Positions 17,861 to 25,223 of a stretch of 33,904 nt of DNA are shown one piece after another. Source of the DNA: Caldilineae bacterium (lineage in GTDB: Bacteria; Chloroflexota; Anaerolineae; J102). The translations under genes were made by a program, and so were the position numbers. Location: positions 1-33,904 of the forward strand of contig RFJM01000149.1 of the NCBI GenBank assembly GCA_003694905.1, read 5' to 3'. Position 1 is the stretch's first letter; each line of letters opens with the position of its first letter. The notes beneath the pieces were generated by a model. It worked only from the letters and a program-made list of their open reading frames with translations, was not told the DNA's origin and searched no databases.

Positions 17861-17865
17861 AGGCC

Positions 17866-20094
17866 ATGAACGCAACTCCTGCTCTTTCTCTGGAAGATGT
17901 CCTGCGGCGTCTCAACCGCATCGGTGCCGCCATCAATGCGCTGGGCGACGAAGCGACCGTCGAGACCACCCTGCGTCTAATCGTGGAAAACGCCACCGAG
18001 GTGGTGCCGGGCTCTTCCGCGGTCATCTACACCTACGATGGTGAACGCGGGGCTTTCGATGCATCCTCGCGCGTGGCCGTCGGCGAACTGGCAACGCCTA
18101 TGCCCGGCGATGAGCCGCGAGCCGAAGGTATGGGCATGCGCGCCATCCGCCAGAAGCGGCGCATCCTTTCTTACGAAGATACCGACATCTCGTTGCACCA
18201 GGTCAAGTCGCAGCAGGGCGCGCGGGTGGTGGCCTGCTATCCTCTCATCGTCTCCGAGCAGCCGGTGGGTGTGCTCTACGTCTATCTGCCCACCCAACGG
18301 CCCTTCACCCCCACCGAACTGCTCATGCTGGACAACTTCGTCAACCTGGCAGCCATGGCCATCAACCAGGCCCGTCAGATGAACGAGGTGCGTCGCTATC
18401 TGGAACGCAAGGAAGAGGAGCTGAAAAGACTGAGACAGGCAGACTTCCTGATCTCATCACGCCTGGGTTTACAGGAAACCCTGGAAGCGATTCTGCAAAT
18501 GGCGTTAGAGGTCACGGGGGCACGCTACGGCATTCTGCGGCTGAAGGAACGCAACGCCGATGTACTGGTCACGCGAGCCATCGCCGGCGATGACCTGGGC
18601 CGGCCCGCGGTCGAAGCCCTGCCTATCAACACCACCAGCATCACCGGCTGGGTGGCGAAGTATCGCCAGCCGCTCTGCATTGCCGATGTCCACAGCGGCC
18701 CCTGGGCTCGCATCTACTATCCGCTCGACCACGAGATGGAAATGCGTTCCGAGCTGGCCGTGCCTTTGTTGGGCGCAGGTGGTCGCCTGGAAGGTGTCAT
18801 CAATCTCGAGAGTCCCGAGATTGGGGCCTTTAGCGAGGACGACAGCCTGCTCCTGCAATCGCTCGCCACTCAGGCGGTTATCGCCCTGCAGGAGATCCGG
18901 CTTCTGGATGCACTGCTCGAACTCTCCGAACGGCTGCTCACGGCTTCGGACCAGGAATTCTTCGACCATCTGGTGACCCTGACCTGCGACCTGCTCAACG
19001 CGCCGGTCTCGGCTCTCTGGACGGTGGAAGGGGAGGAACTGATCTTGCGCAGCAGCAATGGCGGCTTTCGCCGCGGCCAGCGCATCCCCCTGCATGCCAG
19101 TCTGACAGGGGAAGCTGTGTTGCAACGCCGCCTGGTCACCGCCGAGGACCTGCGTTCGGATCCGCGTTTCCGGCACGGGGAGCTTGCCCGTACCCAGGGC
19201 TGGACCCAGGCCCTCATCGCTCCCCTGGCAGCAGATGAGACCAGCACACCTGTGGGTGCCCTCAGCGTCTACAACACTACCAATGACGACTCGGCCTTTG
19301 CCGCCACCGATTGGGACAAGAAAGTGCTCACGGCGTTGGCCCACCATGCCGCGCTGGCCGTGCAGAATGCCCGGCGCAAAGAGGCTCTGCTGCAGGCGCA
19401 GGAACAACAGGCTGCAGCCGAAACCTTCGCGGCCATGGGCGATATCGCTGCCAATCTGCTGCACCGGCTTAACAACAAGATCGGAACCATCCCCGTGCGG
19501 GTGGAAGGTATCCAGGACAAGAGCGCAGCGGTGCTGGCTGCCGACCCCTATCTGGCCCGGAATCTGGCCGAAATCGAGCGCAGCGCCGTGGAAGCCATGG
19601 AAACCCTGCGCGACAGCCTCTCCTATCTGCGTCCTTTTCATCTTGCCCCGGTAGATGTCGCTGCCGTAGTCCGGCAGGCGCTGGATACCCTGGATGTACC
19701 GCAGGGGATCCGTATCGAGACGGACAACCTGGTGGATCTGCCCCCGGTTACGGCCGGACGCGAACGCCTGGTACTGGTGTTCGTCAATCTGCTGGAGAAT
19801 GCCATCACAGCCATGCAGGGAGAGGGCACCATCACCATCCGGGCCGAGCCACTCGGGCATCGGCTGGAGATCCGCGTCTCGGACACGGGGCCAGGCATCC
19901 CGCCCGAACTACAAGACCGCATTTTCGATTTCAACTATTCGGGCGCCAAGCGTGCGTCGGGCAAGCTGGGCTTTGGTCTGTGGTGGGTTCGCACCATCAT
20001 GGCCCGGTTCGGTGGCGGGATTTCGGTGCAAAGCGATGGCCGGCACGGGACGACATTCATCCTCACCTTGCCTCTGAGCCAGACGGAGCCATGA
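17866..20094 (+). CDS. Cytoplasmic sensor histidine kinase with three GAF-like domains
   Basis: No TM segments. There are three successive modules of about 150-170 aa with GAF-like patterns (for example [25 protein letters not shown]...[21 protein letters not shown]). The dimerisation/His region is [13 protein letters not shown]. ATPase motifs are [19 protein letters not shown] and [10 protein letters not shown]. Confidence 0.9.
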   Translation: MNATPALSLEDVLRRLNRIGAAINALGDEATVETTLRLIVENATEVVPGSSAVIYTYDGERGAFDASSRVAVGELATPMPGDEPRAEGMGMRAIRQKRRILSYEDTDISLHQVKSQQGARVVACYPLIVSEQPVGVLYVYLPTQRPFTPTELLMLDNFVNLAAMAINQARQMNEVRRYLERKEEELKRLRQADFLISSRLGLQETLEAILQMALEVTGARYGILRLKERNADVLVTRAIAGDDLGRPAVEALPINTTSITGWVAKYRQPLCIADVHSGPWARIYYPLDHEMEMRSELAVPLLGAGGRLEGVINLESPEIGAFSEDDSLLLQSLATQAVIALQEIRLLDALLELSERLLTASDQEFFDHLVTLTCDLLNAPVSALWTVEGEELILRSSNGGFRRGQRIPLHASLTGEAVLQRRLVTAEDLRSDPRFRHGELARTQGWTQALIAPLAADETSTPVGALSVYNTTNDDSAFAATDWDKKVLTALAHHAALAVQNARRKEALLQAQEQQAAAETFAAMGDIAANLLHRLNNKIGTIPVRVEGIQDKSAAVLAADPYLARNLAEIERSAVEAMETLRDSLSYLRPFHLAPVDVAAVVRQALDTLDVPQGIRIETDNLVDLPPVTAGRERLVLVFVNLLENAITAMQGEGTITIRAEPLGHRLEIRVSDTGPGIPPELQDRIFDFNYSGAKRASGKLGFGLWWVRTIMARFGGGISVQSDGRHGTTFILTLPLSQTEP

Positions 20095-21152
20095 CGATGC
20101 AACGCCGCCCCCGCGCTCTCGTGGTCGAAGATGACAGGTCCTGGCAACAGATCCTGGCCGAATTGCTGGGCGACGCCGGACTGACGGTAGACTTGGCCGA
20201 CACCTACGAAACCGCACTGACGGCAATCAAGGCTGCGCCGCACCGCGTGGCGGTCGTTGACCTGTCGTTGAGCGGCCGCAATCCCCACAATCAGGACGGC
20301 CTGCTGGTACTGGAAGCTATTGGGCGACACGATCCCGGCTGTATCCCCGTGCTGCTCACCGGTTTCGCTACGGTCGAGATTGCGGTTCGCGCCTTGCGGG
20401 AACTGAACGCCTACACCTGCCTGCGCAAAGAGCTCTTTCGTCGCGCCCAATTCCGCGAGCTCATCCGAGAAATCCTGGCCGAACCTTTGCTTGAGAAGGA
20501 GGACGCTGCCGCTGCCCTACCGAGTACGGCGAAAGCCGAAACGTCTGCCGCCGGTCCGGCCACAGAAGGCGCGCATGTGTTGGTGGTGGAAGACGATGCC
20601 GGCTGGGCCGGTATTCTGACGGAATTGCTGAGCGACGAAGGACATCGGACGACGGTAGCCCGTAGCTACGGCGAGGCATTGGGACATCTGCAACGGCAGC
20701 CCTACGATTTACTGGTGGTCGATCTGTCGCTGGCCAGTTCGCTGGCACCCGGCGACAACAGCGACGGTATGCGTCTACTCGCCTTCGGCCGCGATGCGGG
20801 AATCCCGACATTGGTGGTCAGTGGCATGGCCACACCTGACGATACCGAACGGGTCTACCGGGAGTTCGAAGCTTTTGCCTTTCTGGAAAAACAGGCCTTC
20901 GACCGCGGTACTTTCCGCCAGGTGGTGCGGGCAGCCCTGGCCTCCCGGCCCGCAGCCGGGGCGCTGGCACTGCTGACCGACCGCGAACGGCAGGTGCTCG
21001 ACTGTCTTGTGCGGGGTATGAGCAACAAGGAAATTGCTCGGGAACTGGTCATCTCCCCCAATACGGTCAAACGTCATCTCAAGGCTATTTACACCAAGCT
21101 GGAAGTCAACTCTCGTGCCGCGGCCGTGGCAAAGGCGATGGAGGCGCAGTAA
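20091..21152 (+). CDS. Response regulator with two tandem receiver domains and a LuxR/GerE-type HTH
   Basis: The start ATG at 20091 overlaps the kinase stop (ATGA). REC1 has ALVVEDD...VAVVDLSL...VLLTG...LRK. REC2 has VLVVEDD...LLVVDLSL...LVVSG...LEK. The C-terminus [45 protein letters not shown] is a GerE HTH. Confidence 0.9.
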   Translation: MTMQRRPRALVVEDDRSWQQILAELLGDAGLTVDLADTYETALTAIKAAPHRVAVVDLSLSGRNPHNQDGLLVLEAIGRHDPGCIPVLLTGFATVEIAVRALRELNAYTCLRKELFRRAQFRELIREILAEPLLEKEDAAAALPSTAKAETSAAGPATEGAHVLVVEDDAGWAGILTELLSDEGHRTTVARSYGEALGHLQRQPYDLLVVDLSLASSLAPGDNSDGMRLLAFGRDAGIPTLVVSGMATPDDTERVYREFEAFAFLEKQAFDRGTFRQVVRAALASRPAAGALALLTDRERQVLDCLVRGMSNKEIARELVISPNTVKRHLKAIYTKLEVNSRAAAVAKAMEAQ

Positions 21153-21315
21153 CCCGGAGCCTTCGGAACCGCCTTCTACCCGCGCCAGGCCGCAGCAACA
21201 CCGCCCGGTAAACCGAGGCGACGATCGGCGGTTGGGTGTGGCCGCAGGTACAGACGAATCCGTGATTGGCCCGTAAGCGCGGCCACAGCCAACCGGACAA
21301 CCACGCACTGCTTCG

Positions 21316-21525
21316 GCTTGCCGGGCGGTGCTGTATCGCCGCGTTGCGGCGACAGGCTGGAAAGCCTGTCCCACATGCAGCGCTGCCCGAGAAGCTGAAA
21401 CCCCGGCCGCCCGTTTCGGTGGCCGAGGCCGCAGATGCGGGGGCGCTCTCCCGCACCCCCTTGCAGGGGAGACTCTTACCAGCCCGGCGCACCGACTGTC
21501 CCCCTCGTTTTGAAACACACCCCGA
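21316..21525 (+). repeat. Copy B (long) of the GC-rich structured intergenic repeat family
   Basis: GAGAAGCTGAAACCCCGGCCGCCCGTTTCGGTGGCCGAGGCCGCAGATGCGGGGG...CCCGGCGCACCGACTGTCCCCCTCGTTTTGAAACACACCCC aligns block by block with 32633-32748. The track peptides show it: ETGGRGFSFS occurs in the minus-strand ORFs of both loci. It contains the hairpins ACAGGCTggaaAGCCTGT and TGCGGG...CCCGCA. Confidence 0.65.
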
Positions 21526-21538
21526 AGCCGGCTTCGAT

Positions 21539-21568
21539 TTGACACAGCGCGCGGCCCAGGGCTATACT
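21539..21568 (+). promoter_or_regulatory. Candidate sigma70-type promoter of secDF
   Basis: TTGACA (21539-21544), an 18-nt spacer, then TATACT (21563-21568), about 80 nt upstream of the secD ATG and directly downstream of repeat copy B. Confidence 0.5.
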
Positions 21569-21648
21569 CGGTTGGTTCACCACAACACAGAACAGATCCT
21601 CATCCTCGCGGGTGTGCAAGGTCTGTTTGGTCTTCTTGAGGCAGTTTC

Positions 21649-23058
21649 ATGCAGACACGGAACAACATCATTCTCGTACTCATCATCCTTCTGATTGCCC
21701 TGGCAACTTATATTGCCCTCCCCATCCAACATGTCGACTGGCTGAAGTCCACCATCGCCCGCCACCAGAACCCCGAAAAGGCGTTGGAGCTAAAGCTGGG
21801 CCTCGACCTGCAAGGGGGGACGCAAGTACAGCTCGAGCCGGACGTCAGTGGCGACCGCACCTTCACGCCCGAAGACATCGACAAGGCAAAGGTGATCATC
21901 GAACGTCGTGTCAACGGGCTGGGTGTCACCGAACCCCTGGTACAGACCAGCGGCGAGCGCATCATCGTGGCCCTACCGGGTGTGGATAATCCCGACCAGG
22001 CTATCGAGACCCTGCGCGGCACAGGTCAGCTGGAATTCGTCGATCTATCTACGGCGCCGCCGACCCTCGGGGCCGGCGATACCATCGTGACCTCCCTTTC
22101 CGCGGGCGAGGTGACCACCGACACGGTTGTCTACCCCACCGTCCTGACCGGGGACTATCTTCGCTCGGCCGACGTCACCCTCAGTTCGCAAACCCAGAAG
22201 CCCATCATCGCCTTTGAATTCAAGCCCGAGGGAGCCAAGATCTTCGAAGAACACACTCGCGCCCACGTCGGCGACCGGCTGGCCATCGTAATGGATAAAA
22301 CTATCCTCTCGGCGCCTGTGATCAATGCCGTCATCAGCGACCGGGGCATCATCGAGGGCGACTTCACCCTGGAAGAGGCCCGCAATCTGGCCATCCAAAT
22401 GCAGTACGGCGCACTGCCCGTGCCCCTAAAGGTTGCCGATGTACGCACGGTGGGGCCTTCCCTGGGGCAGGATTCCGTGGATTCCAGCATCAAGGCCGGG
22501 ATCATCGGTGTCATCGTGGTTCTGCTCTTCATGCTCATCTACTACCGCCTGCCCGGCTTCCTGGCCGACCTGGCTTTGCTCAGTTTCGTCGCTCTCAACC
22601 TGGCCGTCTACAAGCTCATCCCCGTCACGCTCACCCTTCCCGGCATCGCCGGTTTCCTGCTAACAACAGGCATGGCAGTCGATGCCAACATCCTCATCTT
22701 CGAACGCATGCGGGAGGAACTGCGCGCCGGGCGCTCCCTGACCAATGCCATCGAGGCAGGATTCTCTCGTGCCTGGACCTCTATTCTGGATTCCAACCTG
22801 TCGACCATTCTCACCGCTTTCATCCTGATGTATTTTGGGTCTAACTTCGGTGCCTCTATGGTTCAGGGTTTCGCGGTCACGCTGCTCATCGGTGTGCTCA
22901 TCTCCATGTTCACGGCCGTATTGGTCACCCGCACCCTCATGCGCTTTGTAGTAGGCCACTTTGGCCGGGCTCTGAGCCCGCATCTGCGCCTCTTCGGCGT
23001 CAGCCGCCTGCAGCGTGACATGAGCCAGGCGGCTCGGGTCTCGGTGCAGGCCCGCTGA
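21649..23058 (+). CDS. secD: Protein translocase subunit SecD
   Basis: N-terminal TM, large periplasmic domain (LGLDLQGGTQV, ERRVNGLGVTEPLVQ), and a C-terminal 5-TM bundle with GIAGFLLTTGMAVDANILIFERMREE. Confidence 0.93.
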   Translation: MQTRNNIILVLIILLIALATYIALPIQHVDWLKSTIARHQNPEKALELKLGLDLQGGTQVQLEPDVSGDRTFTPEDIDKAKVIIERRVNGLGVTEPLVQTSGERIIVALPGVDNPDQAIETLRGTGQLEFVDLSTAPPTLGAGDTIVTSLSAGEVTTDTVVYPTVLTGDYLRSADVTLSSQTQKPIIAFEFKPEGAKIFEEHTRAHVGDRLAIVMDKTILSAPVINAVISDRGIIEGDFTLEEARNLAIQMQYGALPVPLKVADVRTVGPSLGQDSVDSSIKAGIIGVIVVLLFMLIYYRLPGFLADLALLSFVALNLAVYKLIPVTLTLPGIAGFLLTTGMAVDANILIFERMREELRAGRSLTNAIEAGFSRAWTSILDSNLSTILTAFILMYFGSNFGASMVQGFAVTLLIGVLISMFTAVLVTRTLMRFVVGHFGRALSPHLRLFGVSRLQRDMSQAARVSVQAR

Positions 23059-23101
23059 GTTCGCCCTTTCCTCATCCCTCACTTCTACCTTATATCGAGT
23101 C

Positions 23102-24046
23102 ATGTACGAAATCGTTCAACACCGACGCTGGTACTACATCTTCTCAAGCCTGGTCATTCTACCCGGCCTGCTGGCCATGATCTACGCCATCATCACCATT
23201 GGTTCCCCGGTACGTCTATCCATCGACTTCACCGGCGGCACCCTGTGGGAGCTGCGCTTCGACCAGGCGATTCCCCCGGGCGAGATCACGACGACCCTCA
23301 ACGATCTGGGGCTCTCGGATGTGAACGTGAACACCATCGGCGACGATCGCACCTTCGTCATCCGTACCACGCCCATCAGCCCTGAACAAAAACAGGAGAT
23401 CCTCGCGGCCTTGACCGACAAGTTCGGAACCCCCGAAGAACGTCAATTCCGCGCGGTCGGGCCTACCGTCGGCCGGGAGGTGACGCGCACGGCATTTATC
23501 GCCGTGGTCATGGCCTCCCTCGTCATCCTGGGCTTCATCACCTGGGCCTTCCGGCAGGTCACCTATCCCTTCCGTTTCGGTGCGGCAGCCATCATCGCTA
23601 TGCTTCACGATGTGCTGGTGACCGTGGGGGTCTTCTCCATCATGGGCATTTTCGCCGGTTGGGAGGTGGATGCCCTCTTCCTCACGGCCTTGCTGACGGT
23701 CATCGGCTTCTCGGTGCAGGATACCATCGTCGTTTTCGACCGCATTCGCGAGAACAGCCGCCGCCGTCGTGGCGAAGACTTCGAGACCATCGCCAACCGA
23801 TCACTGCTGGAGACGATGCAGCGCTCCATCGCCACCCAGATCAATGCCATGTTTGTCATGATTGCGTTGCTGATCTTCGGCGGTCCCACCATCCGCGAAT
23901 TTTTCGCCACCCTGCTCATCGGGCTGCTCAGCGGCACCTACTCCTCTATCTTCATCGCCACGCCCTTACTGGTGTCGTGGCAGAAAGGCGAGGGCATCTT
24001 CGGCATCTTCGGCCGGGGGCGTACCAGACAGCCGGCTGCGGCCTAA
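23102..24046 (+). CDS. secF: Protein translocase subunit SecF
   Basis: IDFTGGTLWELRF, HDVLVTVGVFS, IGFSVQDTIVVFDRIREN. Typical SecF, immediately after secD. Confidence 0.93.
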   Translation: MYEIVQHRRWYYIFSSLVILPGLLAMIYAIITIGSPVRLSIDFTGGTLWELRFDQAIPPGEITTTLNDLGLSDVNVNTIGDDRTFVIRTTPISPEQKQEILAALTDKFGTPEERQFRAVGPTVGREVTRTAFIAVVMASLVILGFITWAFRQVTYPFRFGAAAIIAMLHDVLVTVGVFSIMGIFAGWEVDALFLTALLTVIGFSVQDTIVVFDRIRENSRRRRGEDFETIANRSLLETMQRSIATQINAMFVMIALLIFGGPTIREFFATLLIGLLSGTYSSIFIATPLLVSWQKGEGIFGIFGRGRTRQPAAA

Positions 24047-24067
24047 ACGCGTTTACTCAGACACAGG

Positions 24068-24094
24068 AACCGGGCGCGTGCCCGGTTTTTCTTT
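24068..24094 (+). terminator. Rho-independent terminator of secDF
   Basis: AACCGGGC (24068-24075), loop GCGT, GCCCGGTT (24080-24087), running into TTTTTCTTT. Confidence 0.7.
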
Positions 24095-24109
24095 GCTGCG
24101 ACTTTCCCC

Positions 24110-25084
24110 ATGCTGGCCCTTCTCCTGCAAAACGGTCATCTCAGACTGGAGACAAGCTACCCCAGACCGATACCGCGTCAGGACGAGGCACTGATACGCG
24201 TGCGCCTGGCGGGCATCTGCGGCACCGATCTGGCCCTGGTCGAGGGCTACAAGGGCGGATACAACGGGGTGCCGGGGCATGAGTATGTGGGAGAGGTGGT
24301 GGAAGCACCGGGAAACGAGGAGTGGGTGGGCCGGCGCGTTGTCGGCGAGATCAATACCGCATGCGGACAATGTGACCGCTGTACCCAGGGCCTGGTTACT
24401 CACTGCAGGGAGCGGCGGGTACTCGGCATCAAGGATTGGGACGGAGCCTTCGCAGAATACCTGGTCAGCCCGCTGAGCCTGCTCCACCGCCCGCCCCCGA
24501 CCGTGCCCGACACGTCCGCCGTTTTCACGGAACCGTTGGCAGCAGCATACGCAGCGCTGCGCGACATGCCAGACGACCTGCGCCAGCGCCCGCCCGCAAC
24601 GTTGCGTATCCTGATCGTCGGAGATGGCAGGCTGGGCCAGTTGCTGGCACGTGTCTTTCAGGCCGAGGGGTATCGACCGCTGCTCCTCGGGCGTCATCCT
24701 TCCAAACTGGCCCTGGCGCGATCGTGTGGCATCGCGACCACTCGACAGATCGACACCTCGGCAGAGTACGACATCGCCGTCGACGCCAGCGGGCGTCCCG
24801 AGACGCTGGCCACGCTTCTCGGCCATGTACGTCCTCGCGGCGCCATCATCCTCAAAACAACGGCCGCCCATCCTGCTTCCCTGGATCTTGCTCCCCTGGT
24901 GGTAAACGAAATACGACTCATCGGCTCGCGTTGCGGCCCCTTCCCCCGCGCACTGACTGCGCTGGAGCAAACACAGATCGACCCTCGGCCGCTCATCAGC
25001 GCAACATATCCTCTTTCCGCAGCTCTGGAGGCTATGGAGCACGCGCGTCGGCCGGACGCGATCAAGGTATTGCTACAGCCTTAG
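24110..25084 (+). CDS. Zinc-binding dehydrogenase (MDR family, threonine/sorbitol dehydrogenase-like)
   Basis: GICGTDLALVEG...PGHEYVGEVV catalytic-zinc motif, CGQCDRCTQGLVTHC structural-zinc lobe, Rossmann ILIVGDGRLG. Confidence 0.85.
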   Translation: MLALLLQNGHLRLETSYPRPIPRQDEALIRVRLAGICGTDLALVEGYKGGYNGVPGHEYVGEVVEAPGNEEWVGRRVVGEINTACGQCDRCTQGLVTHCRERRVLGIKDWDGAFAEYLVSPLSLLHRPPPTVPDTSAVFTEPLAAAYAALRDMPDDLRQRPPATLRILIVGDGRLGQLLARVFQAEGYRPLLLGRHPSKLALARSCGIATTRQIDTSAEYDIAVDASGRPETLATLLGHVRPRGAIILKTTAAHPASLDLAPLVVNEIRLIGSRCGPFPRALTALEQTQIDPRPLISATYPLSAALEAMEHARRPDAIKVLLQP

Positions 25085-25146
25085 CCCCGTGGCCGTGGTA
25101 GAGCCGATCTCGCGGCCACCTCTATCTTCTCCCATCCCCTGTCTCA

Positions 25147-25185
25147 TGCTATAATCTCGTTTTGCCGCGCCGAGGTTTCGGCGCG
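25147..25185 (+). promoter_or_regulatory. Extended -10-like box plus a stable leader hairpin upstream of the FG-GAP protein gene
   Basis: TGCTATAAT (25147-25155), followed by the hairpin CGCGCCGA (25166-25173), loop GGTT, TCGGCGCG (25178-25185). No T-tract follows. Confidence 0.35.
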
Positions 25186-25223
25186 CAATCCAATCCATGT
25201 CAATGAGGAGACCCAGTCCGATC

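Noticed and set aside
18505-19860. 451-aa minus-strand ORF
   Set aside because: It is antisense to the GAF histidine kinase gene. It has no recognisable motifs and its composition is typical of a shadow frame.
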